In this document: positions 30,313 to 38,944 of the stretch, piece by piece
Numbering within the stretch: position 1 is the stretch's first letter
Layout of the letters: every line of letters starts with the position of its first letter
DNA from: an uncultured Alphaproteobacteria bacterium
Lineage (GTDB): Bacteria > Pseudomonadota > Alphaproteobacteria > HIMB59 > GCA-002718135
Assembly (NCBI GenBank): GCA_902627245.1
Contig: CACOIH010000003.1
Location: 140-64,139, forward strand
DNA: 64,000 nucleotides
Reading direction: 5' to 3'
Program-made: the position numbers and the translations under genes
The notes under the pieces: model-generated
What the model was told of the DNA's origin: nothing
Database searches by the model: none
What the model saw: the letters and a program-made list of their open reading frames with translations, nothing else

Positions 30313-31105
30313 ATTTTTTATTAAAATAAAAATATATTATCCCAATTATTAATAAAGCCAACATTAAAATTGCTGATAATGCATTAACTTCAGGACTTAA
30401 ACCCAAGCGAACCTTCGAGAAAACAACTATTGGCAGTGTGTTTGCTCCTGGACCTGTAGTGAAGCTTGCAACCACAAGATCATCTAAAGAAATTGTAAAC
30501 GCCAACAACCAACCGGCAATTATAGATGGCAATATTATCGGCAAAGTTATCCTATAAAGCACTTTAGTATAATTATAACCAAGATCCATTGCAGCTTCTT
30601 CTATATTTTTGTTAAAATCAGTTAATCTTGCTTGAATAATAATTGCTACGAATGCAATGCAAAAAGTTACATGTGATATAAAAATAGTTAATTGACCCCT
30701 AGATGATGGAAATCCAACTAAATTATTTAAACTTATAAAGAAAAGTAGCATAGATAGTCCTAATATCAATTCTGGTAGCACCAAAGGTGTTGAAGAAAGA
30801 AAAATATATAATGACTTAAATGGAATTTTACTTATTCTTACAAGTGAGTATCCAATCATAACTCCTAAAATTGTAGCAAAAGTTGCAGACAAAGCTGCTA
30901 TTTTAACACTAATAATAAATGCTTCTATAATTTGTTCGTTATTAAATAATTCATTGTACCATCTTAAAGAAAATCCCTTCCAAACCATTACTCTCTTATT
31001 CTCATTAAATGAGTAAAAAATTAAAACTAAGATTGGGAAATATAAAAATAATAAACCTGAAAATATAACAATACTTTTAATTATATTAGATTTCATTCTT
31101 TTCAC
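30302..31105 (-). CDS. polyamine ABC transporter permease (PotC/PotI-like)
   Basis: 6-TM BPD-transporter pattern with an EAAMDLG EAA loop. Last gene of the SBP-ATPase-permease-permease operon. Confidence 0.8.
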   Translation of the reverse strand: MKRMKSNIIKSIVIFSGLLFLYFPILVLIFYSFNENKRVMVWKGFSLRWYNELFNNEQIIEAFIISVKIAALSATFATILGVMIGYSLVRISKIPFKSLYIFLSSTPLVLPELILGLSMLLFFISLNNLVGFPSSRGQLTIFISHVTFCIAFVAIIIQARLTDFNKNIEEAAMDLGYNYTKVLYRITLPIILPSIIAGWLLAFTISLDDLVVASFTTGPGANTLPIVVFSKVRLGLSPEVNALSAILMLALLIIGIIYFYFNKKFKH

Positions 31106-31973
31106 TCCAACGTGAATAAATTATTTGAAAAATTATAATTGGCAAAACCAAGATAATAATTCCAGTAAAAGCTAAAGCGCTAGCTCCTGGCCAGTTTCTG
31201 TTAACAAAGAATTCTTCCCATAAAATTTTTCCATAATATAATCTATCACTGCCACCTAACATTTCAGGTATGATAAATTCTCCAACAACAGGAATAAAAA
31301 CCAACAGTGAACCTGCAATAACTCCTGGAATAGATAATGGAAGTATAACTTTAAAAAAAGTTTTAAAACGATTTAATCCCAAATCTTTTGATGCTTCAAT
31401 TAAATTTAAATCAAACTTATTCAGATATCCGTAAAGTGGTAAAATCATCAAGGGTAAATAAGTATATACAATACCCATAATGACTGCATATTGGTTGTAT
31501 AATAATTGAAGTGGTTCTGATGTTATGCCGAGGTTTATAAGTATTACATTTATAATTCCATTATTCTGCAAGATTATTTTCCATGCATATACTCTTAGCA
31601 AGAATGAAGACCAAAAAGGAATGACTACTAAAACTAATAAAATATTTCTTAATTTTATATTTGAAGTAGCAATATAAAAAGCTAACGGGAAACCGATAAG
31701 TAAACAAAAAAAAGTAGATATTAGAGCCAAAATTAATGAGTTTATAAAAGATCCAATATAATAATAATCGCTAAATATATAAACGTAGTTTTCAAATGTA
31801 GTGTTAATTTTAAATCCATTATCAAATAGAAAAATATCTTGATAAGGAGGCATCCCCCATTCAGATACTGATATTGATATCTTAAAAATTATAGCTAATG
31901 GGATAAAGAAAAATAAAACAAGCCAGAAATATGGAGTAAAAACAAAATATTTTTCAAAAAATTTATTTTTCAA
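31086..31973 (-). CDS. polyamine ABC transporter permease (PotB/PotH-like)
   Basis: EAA loop EASKDLG. It overlaps the downstream permease by 20 nt. Confidence 0.8.
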   Translation of the reverse strand: MKNKFFEKYFVFTPYFWLVLFFFIPLAIIFKISISVSEWGMPPYQDIFLFDNGFKINTTFENYVYIFSDYYYIGSFINSLILALISTFFCLLIGFPLAFYIATSNIKLRNILLVLVVIPFWSSFLLRVYAWKIILQNNGIINVILINLGITSEPLQLLYNQYAVIMGIVYTYLPLMILPLYGYLNKFDLNLIEASKDLGLNRFKTFFKVILPLSIPGVIAGSLLVFIPVVGEFIIPEMLGGSDRLYYGKILWEEFFVNRNWPGASALAFTGIIILVLPIIIFQIIYSRWSEKNEI

Positions 31974-33041
31974 TTAATCCTCTAATATTTTAATTGATTC
32001 TTTTTCCCAACTACACAAAACTCTTTCTCCAATTGGAAAGTTATAATTAGAGTTGGAATTGAAATTCTGATCTAGAACTGAAATAATCTTATTATTAATT
32101 TTAATTTCATAACGTGTAAAACTTCCCAAATATGATTTTTCTATAATTTCTCCATTAAAAGAATTAAATGGGTATATTTTAGAGTTATTTATTGATTGAA
32201 TTTTTATTTTCTCTGGTCTTAGTAAAATATTAGTTTTTGTTTTTTTTAAATCTTTGCTCAAATAAAAATTTATGTCTAAATCATCAGAATAATAATTTTC
32301 GTCTTTTTTATAAATTTCAATAATATTTGCAATACCGATAAATTTAGCAGTATAAAGGCTTTTGGGATTTTCATAAATTTCTTCGGGGCTTGAGCATTCT
32401 AAAATAAGACCATTTTTCATAATTGCCATTCTATCTGACAAAGACATTGCTTCCTCTTGATCGTGTGTAACAAAAACAAAAGTAATTTTAAGTTTTTTTT
32501 GGAGAGCGGTTAACTCTAATTGAGTTTTTGATCTAAGTTTTTTATCTAATGCTGCAAGAGGTTCATCTAATAATAATAATTTAGGTTTTTTTATTAAGCA
32601 TCTCCCAAGGGCAACTCTCTGTTGCTCTCCACCTGAAAGTTGCTTAATTCTTCTATTTAATAAATTTTCAATAGATAAAAGCTCAGAAATATCTTTTACT
32701 TTAATTTCAATTTCCTTACTGGTAAAATTTTCTTTTATTCCAAAAGCTAAATTATTAAACACATTTAAATGAGGGAATAAAGCGTAAGATTGAAACATAT
32801 AATTTAATGGCCTATTAAAAGGTTCGAGATTTGTAATATCAACTCCGTCGAGGATTACTCGGCCTGTATCTGGTTTCTCAAAGCCACCTAATATTCTTAA
32901 TAATGTAGTTTTACCCGAACCAGATGATCCTAAAAGACCAAAAAATTCAGACTTTGAAATATTTAAATTTATGTTTTCTAAAACTTTGTTTTCTCCAAAA
33001 GATTTAGAAATATTTTCAATTACAAGGAAATTTTTATCCAT
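31974..33041 (-). CDS. polyamine ABC transporter ATP-binding protein (PotA/PotG-like)
   Basis: Walker A GSSGSGKTT, signature LSGGEQQR, Walker B LLLLDEP and a C-terminal TOBE-like domain. Confidence 0.85.
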   Translation of the reverse strand: MDKNFLVIENISKSFGENKVLENINLNISKSEFFGLLGSSGSGKTTLLRILGGFEKPDTGRVILDGVDITNLEPFNRPLNYMFQSYALFPHLNVFNNLAFGIKENFTSKEIEIKVKDISELLSIENLLNRRIKQLSGGEQQRVALGRCLIKKPKLLLLDEPLAALDKKLRSKTQLELTALQKKLKITFVFVTHDQEEAMSLSDRMAIMKNGLILECSSPEEIYENPKSLYTAKFIGIANIIEIYKKDENYYSDDLDINFYLSKDLKKTKTNILLRPEKIKIQSINNSKIYPFNSFNGEIIEKSYLGSFTRYEIKINNKIISVLDQNFNSNSNYNFPIGERVLCSWEKESIKILED

Positions 33042-33047
33042 TTTTAA

Positions 33048-33077
33048 TCAGCACTAATATTAATATATTAGTGCTGA
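33048..33077 (-). promoter_or_regulatory. intercistronic 12-bp perfect stem-loop between the binding-protein and ATPase genes
   Basis: TCAGCACTAATA-ttaata-TATTAGTGCTGA. On the mRNA strand it starts 15 nt after the SBP stop and ends 6 nt before the ATPase ATG. Confidence 0.6.
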
Positions 33078-33092
33078 AATTATGTATATTTT

Positions 33093-34139
33093 TTAATTTG
33101 ATTTAAATTTATTAAAGTATTTACTTGATAACTGTGCTTTTTTAGGTGAATCAGCAGTATCAGCGAAAAGCATACTTAAAGTTGCTTCATCAGGATAAAT
33201 AGCTGGATCCCCTAGAATTTCAGGATCAACAAATTCATTTGCTGCTTTGTTAGGATTTGAATACCAAACATAATTTGTAATATCAGCAGCAACTTGAGGA
33301 CGCATAATATAGTTTATAAACTTGTGTGCGTTTAAAACATTTTTTGCATCAGCTGGAATTGCCATCATATCAAACCAAATTACTGTTCCCTCAGAAGGAA
33401 TAGAATACCAAACTGGCTCTATTTCTTCATATGCAGCAATAAAGACATCACCAGACCAACCCATAGCTAGACAAATTTCACCGTTAGCAAGATCATCTAT
33501 ATATTGAGAAGAATCAAAATATCTTATGAAAGGTCTAATTTCCTGCAACATTGAAAGCGCTGCTTCATAGTCACTTTCATTTTCAGTATAAGGGTCTTTA
33601 CCTATATATTTTAGAGCAATTTCCATTACTTCTGAAGGCGCATCTAACATTGCTATACCACAATCTTCATATTTAGATGCAATAGCTGGATCAAATAAAA
33701 TACTCCAACTAGTAACTTCATCTTCATCTACTTTATCAGTATTGTAACCAATACCAGTTGTGCCATACATGTAGTTTACAGAATATTGTCCTCCTGGATC
33801 ATGCGCATCAATTTTTGCAAGGACTTCAGGATCTAGATTTCCTAAGTTTGATAACTCAGATTTATCAAGTTTTTGAAAAACTCCTGCCTTGATTTGGTTT
33901 TCTAAAAAAGAACCTGAAGGCACCACAATATCATAGCCAGAACCACCAGCTAAAAGTTTAGCTTCAAGGACTTCGTTTGAATCAAAAACATCATAAGTGA
34001 CATCAATGCCAAATTCATTTTCAAAATTTTCAATTGTATCTTCAGCAATATAATCAGACCAATTGTAAATAAATAATTCTTCTTTAGCCTGAGCTGAAAA
34101 AGAAACTAAAACTAATAGAGATATAAAATACTTAAGCAT
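33093..34139 (-). CDS. periplasmic spermidine/putrescine-binding protein (PotD/PotF family)
   Basis: Signal peptide MLKYFISLLVLVSFSAQA, the NWSDYI motif and overall PotD/F-like composition. The gene order matches potFGHI. Confidence 0.85.
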   Translation of the reverse strand: MLKYFISLLVLVSFSAQAKEELFIYNWSDYIAEDTIENFENEFGIDVTYDVFDSNEVLEAKLLAGGSGYDIVVPSGSFLENQIKAGVFQKLDKSELSNLGNLDPEVLAKIDAHDPGGQYSVNYMYGTTGIGYNTDKVDEDEVTSWSILFDPAIASKYEDCGIAMLDAPSEVMEIALKYIGKDPYTENESDYEAALSMLQEIRPFIRYFDSSQYIDDLANGEICLAMGWSGDVFIAAYEEIEPVWYSIPSEGTVIWFDMMAIPADAKNVLNAHKFINYIMRPQVAADITNYVWYSNPNKAANEFVDPEILGDPAIYPDEATLSMLFADTADSPKKAQLSSKYFNKFKSN

Positions 34140-34179
34140 TATTCCCCTCCTAAATAAAAATCACATTAAATAAAATAAA

Positions 34180-35037
34180 TTAAAAATCGAGAATTTTTTT
34201 ATATAGATCTGGTCTTCGATCTCTAAAGTTACCCCATAATTTTCTATATTCTCTTGAAATCTGCATATCTAAAGTAGCAGTTATTATACCCTCATCTTTA
34301 TCATTCATCTGATTTATTACATTACCTATGTGATCCAGTATTAAAGAATTACCATAAAAACTTAATTCAATATCAGCCTCAATCTCCTTCCCTACTCTAT
34401 TTGAGGCTATAATTGGAATCTGATTTGCAGCAGCATGGCCAACCATTGTATTAACCCAATGATCTTTTGATTTTAATTCTGGCATGTGTGGCTCAGAGCC
34501 AATTGCAGATGGGTATAAAATTAAATCTGCACCACTTAAAGTTAGGATCCTTGCACACTCAGGGAACCACTGGTCCCAACAAATTGCACAACCAACTTTC
34601 GCTTTTGGAGTGTCAAAAACCATAAATCCAGTATTACCTTTTTCAAAATAATATTTTTCATTATATCCAGGACCTTCCGGAATATGAGACTTATTGTAAA
34701 CTTCACTTATTTTGCCCAATGAATCAATCATAACTAGAGAATTAAAAAACTTGTGATCTTTTTTTTGGAAAAAACTTATCGGTAATGAGATTTTGTTCTC
34801 TCTACAAACGTTAGATAATTTTTCAAACATCGGATTAGATGGAAATTCTATTGCAAGATTAAAAAATTTATCATTTTTTGTTGAGCAAAAATAATGGTCT
34901 TGAAATAATTCTTGTAGAAGTAAAATATCCACATTTTCCTTAGAGGCCTTTTCAACTAGATTAAGAGCTTTATTTAAGTTGGCATCAAAATCTCCCTTAA
35001 CAGCTCTAAATTGGGATGTAGCTACTTTTATTTTCAT
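34180..35037 (-). CDS. aguB: N-carbamoylputrescine amidase
   Basis: CN-hydrolase fold with the catalytic CWDQWFPE block. I chose the start MKIKVATSQF because it gives an ATGA overlap with the aguA stop. I rejected the longer ORF-track start at 35064. Confidence 0.85.
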   Translation of the reverse strand: MKIKVATSQFRAVKGDFDANLNKALNLVEKASKENVDILLLQELFQDHYFCSTKNDKFFNLAIEFPSNPMFEKLSNVCRENKISLPISFFQKKDHKFFNSLVMIDSLGKISEVYNKSHIPEGPGYNEKYYFEKGNTGFMVFDTPKAKVGCAICWDQWFPECARILTLSGADLILYPSAIGSEPHMPELKSKDHWVNTMVGHAAANQIPIIASNRVGKEIEADIELSFYGNSLILDHIGNVINQMNDKDEGIITATLDMQISREYRKLWGNFRDRRPDLYKKILDF

Positions 35038-36017
35038 ATTTTTGGTACATTCATTGTGATGCAATGAATATTTCCTCCACCATAATTTATATTTGCTGTT
35101 TCCAACATAATAATATCTCTATCTGGAAACAATTTTTCAAATATTGTCTTAACTTCATTATCTTCACTTACATTAAATTTAGGTAAAATTATTTTATTTT
35201 TACTAAAATAGAAATTTATATATGAGCTTATAATATTCTTATTATTAATTTTCTTTTTTGTAGGTAAAGGAATATCAATTAAATCAAATTTTTGATCAGT
35301 ATCTTTAAAAAAATTAATTAAATCATTTTTATTTTTTTTCAATATTTCATAGTTAGGATCTAATTTATGGGTAGATGCAATTAAATATTTATTCTTTTCA
35401 ATTGGACATAATAAATTATCTACATGACCATCTGTGTCATCATTAATTAAACCATTTTCAAATAAAAAAATATTATTTAAATCAAATAAAATTTTTAATT
35501 GATTAATAATGTTCTCTCTGCCATATTTCTGTTTTCTATTTTTATTAAATATTACATTTTTAGTACTAAATAAATTTTTTCTGTCATCATAAGTTATTGC
35601 TCCACCTTCTATAACTAAATCAGAAGTCTTTGTTGAAATATTTAAATAGTTTGAAATAAATTTTGATACCTTATTATCATTAGAATAATCTGGATATTTG
35701 CCATAACCATTAAAGTCAAAACTAATTGATTTAAGTTTTTTACCTTCAGTATAAAATATTGGACCTATATCTCTCATCCAAGAGTCATCTAATTTACACT
35801 CTAAAATATTTATATTATCATGAACGGTTTTACTTTTAATTTCATTAATATCTTCTTTATTTGATAAAACAATAACATCTTCAGTTTTTGCAATTTCATT
35901 AATTACATTCGCAACTTCATCTCTAGCGTTATTTATAATTTTACCATAAAGACTTTTGTTGCATGGCCAAGCAATAAGGCAATTTTGATGTTCATACCAT
36001 TCAGGAATTAGTTTCAT
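35034..36017 (-). CDS. aguA: agmatine deiminase
   Basis: N-terminal IPEWYEH..CLIAWP and C-terminal GGGNIHCIT catalytic cysteine motif. Confidence 0.88.
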   Translation of the reverse strand: MKLIPEWYEHQNCLIAWPCNKSLYGKIINNARDEVANVINEIAKTEDVIVLSNKEDINEIKSKTVHDNINILECKLDDSWMRDIGPIFYTEGKKLKSISFDFNGYGKYPDYSNDNKVSKFISNYLNISTKTSDLVIEGGAITYDDRKNLFSTKNVIFNKNRKQKYGRENIINQLKILFDLNNIFLFENGLINDDTDGHVDNLLCPIEKNKYLIASTHKLDPNYEILKKNKNDLINFFKDTDQKFDLIDIPLPTKKKINNKNIISSYINFYFSKNKIILPKFNVSEDNEVKTIFEKLFPDRDIIMLETANINYGGGNIHCITMNVPKI

Positions 36018-36030
36018 AAAATTTAAAAAT

Positions 36031-36609
36031 ATGTATAATTATTTAATGTCTAAAGATGAAGTAAAATTCACTGAAATGAAATTTGGAGATAAGGAAGATT
36101 ATGATCTACTAGCAAATTTTGAAGACAAATATATAGAGGGTACAGCAGATAGAATTGTAAGAGTACTGCAAGGTTTAGACAAATCAATGGGTGGATATAA
36201 GGTATCAAGATTAGAACATTCTCTTCAAACTGCCTCCAGAGCTTTAAGAGAACAAGCTTCTGAAGAAATGGTTGTTGCAGCTTTACTGCATGACATTGGC
36301 GATGAAATAGCTCCTCTAAACCATTCAGAACTTGCTGCTGCAGTTTTAAAACCATTTGTTTCTGAAAAAACAAGATGGATTGTTGAGCAACATGGTTTAT
36401 TCCAAGCTTATTATTATAATCATCATTATGGTAAAGACAGAAATCTAAGAGACAAATTTATTGGACATGACTTTTTTCAAGACACGATAGATTTTTGTGA
36501 AAGATGGGATCAATCGTCGTTTGATCCAAATTATGATACTGTTCCACTAAAAGAATTCGTACCAATGGTTCAAAGAATATTTAATAGAACGCCTTATAGA
36601 AATTTATAA
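36031..36609 (+). CDS. HD-domain protein, PhnZ/TmpB-like candidate diiron oxygenase
   Basis: 192 aa. The ordered candidate ligand set is H (LEHSLQ), HD (LLHDIG), H (NHSEL), H (EQHGL), D (ERWDQ). The LEHSLQTA...EEMVVAALLHDIG block resembles PhnZ-type HD proteins as I remember them. Confidence 0.45.
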   Translation: MYNYLMSKDEVKFTEMKFGDKEDYDLLANFEDKYIEGTADRIVRVLQGLDKSMGGYKVSRLEHSLQTASRALREQASEEMVVAALLHDIGDEIAPLNHSELAAAVLKPFVSEKTRWIVEQHGLFQAYYYNHHYGKDRNLRDKFIGHDFFQDTIDFCERWDQSSFDPNYDTVPLKEFVPMVQRIFNRTPYRNL

Positions 36610-37077
36610 TTATTTTTTTAATTTATGGACTAAACTAAGATTGCCAGGTTGAAAATTATTTATATTTTCATTAATAAATTCGTCAATCTGTTTTTGTTTA
36701 TCTTGTTCTATTTCTGTCACTTTTCTTATATTTAAATCAACATACAATGAGCAAACTTCAGTAGTAGCTGCTCTATAGCCTTCATCTTTGTGTGTCATTT
36801 CTAATTTATAAATTAGTCTTTTTTTATCTCTGTCTAAAAATAATAAATTAATGTCAACTTCATCACCCTCTTTAACTTCTTTGTCATAAGTAGTGTGTGA
36901 CTCAACAGCAAATGTAGTTTTTTTTTCAATTTTTGCTGAATCTTCACCCATATTAAACTTTTGTAATAATACTTCCCATCCAGCATCAAATAAATGAATA
37001 TAAAAAGCTAAATTCATATGGCCATTGTAGTCAGTCCATTCTTTTTTAACTTTTCCAGAATTTAAATAAATCTTCAT
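36610..37077 (-). CDS. hotdog-fold acyl-CoA thioesterase (betainyl-CoA thioesterase candidate)
   Basis: 4HBT-like N-terminus (WTDYNGHMN). I chose the start MKIYLNSG. The ORF-track start at 37155 would overlap the divergent BKACE gene. Confidence 0.6.
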   Translation of the reverse strand: MKIYLNSGKVKKEWTDYNGHMNLAFYIHLFDAGWEVLLQKFNMGEDSAKIEKKTTFAVESHTTYDKEVKEGDEVDINLLFLDRDKKRLIYKLEMTHKDEGYRAATTEVCSLYVDLNIRKVTEIEQDKQKQIDEFINENINNFQPGNLSLVHKLKK

Positions 37078-37120
37078 AAGTTTTACTTTTTTAATTTCAA
37101 ATATATAGTAGTTTAAAATA

Positions 37121-38011
37121 ATGAATAATGAAGTAATAATTTCATGTGCTGTCACAGGTTCTGGAGATACAGCTGGTAAACACCCTGAATTACCAATTAC
37201 ACCAAAACAAATTGCAGAAGCTTCAATTGAAGCAGCTAAAGCTGGGGCTGCTATTGCTCATATTCATGTAAGAGAACCTGATGGAAAACCGTCAAGAAAT
37301 TTAGAATACTATAAAGAAGTAGCGGATAGAATTCGATCATCTAATACAGATGTTGTATTAAATTTTACAACAGGAATGGGTGGAGATTTTGAAGTTGGAA
37401 CAGGTAATGATCCTTTAAATCCAGTTGGTCAAAATACGGATATGATAGACGCTTTAAGTAGATTGGAGCATGTTGAAGAATTATTGCCTGAAATGTGTAC
37501 TCTAGATTGTGGAACATTAAATTTTGGTGATGAAAATATGACTTTTATCCATACACCTTCACAATTAAGATCTGCAGCAAAAAAAATGCAAGAATTAGGT
37601 GTTAAACCAGAAATGGAAGCATTTGAAATGGGTCACTTATGGTTTGCAAATCAACTTTATAAAGAAGGTCTGATTGATGGCCCTCCTCTGTATCAAATTT
37701 GTTTAGGGATACCATGGGGTGCGCCAGCAACAACTAATGCGATGAAAGCAATGGCGGACATGGTTCCTAAAGAGGGTTATTGGGCAGGATTTGGTATTGG
37801 TAGAACACAAATGCCAATGGCTGCTCAAGCTGTAATATTAGGTGGTAATGTAAGAGTCGGATTAGAAGATAATCTTTATCTTAAAAAAGGTGTTTTTGCA
37901 TCAAATGCTCAATTAGTTGAAAAAGCAAGATGTATTGTGGAAGATATGGGCTCTTCTATTCTTTCACCTCAAGAGTCTAGAGAAAAATTAAAATTAAAAA
38001 AACATTTTTAA
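37121..38011 (+). CDS. BKACE (DUF849, 3-keto-5-aminohexanoate cleavage enzyme) family protein, dehydrocarnitine cleavage candidate
   Basis: N-terminal [12 protein letters not shown]...PITPKQIAE...[10 protein letters not shown] pattern of BKACE TIM-barrel enzymes. It is adjacent to a carnitine dehydrogenase-like gene. Confidence 0.75.
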   Translation: MNNEVIISCAVTGSGDTAGKHPELPITPKQIAEASIEAAKAGAAIAHIHVREPDGKPSRNLEYYKEVADRIRSSNTDVVLNFTTGMGGDFEVGTGNDPLNPVGQNTDMIDALSRLEHVEELLPEMCTLDCGTLNFGDENMTFIHTPSQLRSAAKKMQELGVKPEMEAFEMGHLWFANQLYKEGLIDGPPLYQICLGIPWGAPATTNAMKAMADMVPKEGYWAGFGIGRTQMPMAAQAVILGGNVRVGLEDNLYLKKGVFASNAQLVEKARCIVEDMGSSILSPQESREKLKLKKHF

Positions 38012-38012
38012 A

Positions 38013-38942
38013 TTGAATAAAATAAAAAACATAACTGTAATTGGAACAGGTGTAATTGGTACAGGTTGGATTTTACGCTTCTTAGCATTTAATAAAAGAG
38101 TTACTGCTTACGACCCGAGTGTTAAACAGAAAGATTATTTAAAAAAAGAATTGAAGAGAACTAAGTTAATTGTTGAAAAATTATATAATAAAAAAATTAA
38201 TATTAAAAATTTAGTCTTTTCTTCAAATATTGAAGACGCTGTTAGTAAAGCGGATTTAATCCAAGAGAATGTACCAGAAAGATTAGAACTCAAAAAGAAA
38301 GTGATTAATCAATTAAGTCAGTTTGCTCCGAAAAACTGTATTATAGCTTCTAGTTCATCAGGTTTACTTCCTTCAGAATTACAATCGAATTGTATTAACC
38401 CTAAAAGGTTTATAGTCGCTCACCCCTTCAACCCTGTCTATATATTACCTCTAGTTGAGATAGTTAAGGGCAATAAAACAAGCAAAATTATTATGAATGA
38501 AGCTAATAAATTTTATAAAAATTTACATATGAAAACATTAATTGTTAACAAAGAATTGCCTGGTTTTCTTTCAGATAGATTGCAAGAAGCACTATGGAGA
38601 GAGGGTCTACATATTATTAATGAAGGATACGCTACAACCAAAGACCTTGATGAAGCAATAACTTATGGCCCAGGTATGAGGTGGGCTTTAATGGGGACTT
38701 TTTTAACATTTCATTTAGCAGGTGGAGAGCTGGGAATGAAACATATGCTAGATCAATTTGGACCAGCGCTAAAGCTTCCTTGGACAAAACTAAAATCACC
38801 AAATTTAAACAAGAAGCTAAAGGATAAAATTATAACTGGTACTAAAAAGCAATCAAAAAATTTATCAATTAATAAGCTTAGCAACATGCGAGATAATTTT
38901 TTAATTGATTTGCTACACTTAAAGAAAAAATATAGATTGTAG
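38013..38942 (+). CDS. L-carnitine dehydrogenase-like 3-hydroxyacyl-CoA dehydrogenase family protein
   Basis: Rossmann motif VIGTGVIGTGW directly at the N-terminus (TTG start) and the HPFNPVYILPLVEIV, PGFLSDRLQEALWRE and FGPALKLPWT blocks. Confidence 0.7.
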   Translation: MNKIKNITVIGTGVIGTGWILRFLAFNKRVTAYDPSVKQKDYLKKELKRTKLIVEKLYNKKINIKNLVFSSNIEDAVSKADLIQENVPERLELKKKVINQLSQFAPKNCIIASSSSGLLPSELQSNCINPKRFIVAHPFNPVYILPLVEIVKGNKTSKIIMNEANKFYKNLHMKTLIVNKELPGFLSDRLQEALWREGLHIINEGYATTKDLDEAITYGPGMRWALMGTFLTFHLAGGELGMKHMLDQFGPALKLPWTKLKSPNLNKKLKDKIITGTKKQSKNLSINKLSNMRDNFLIDLLHLKKKYRL

Positions 38943-38944
38943 GC

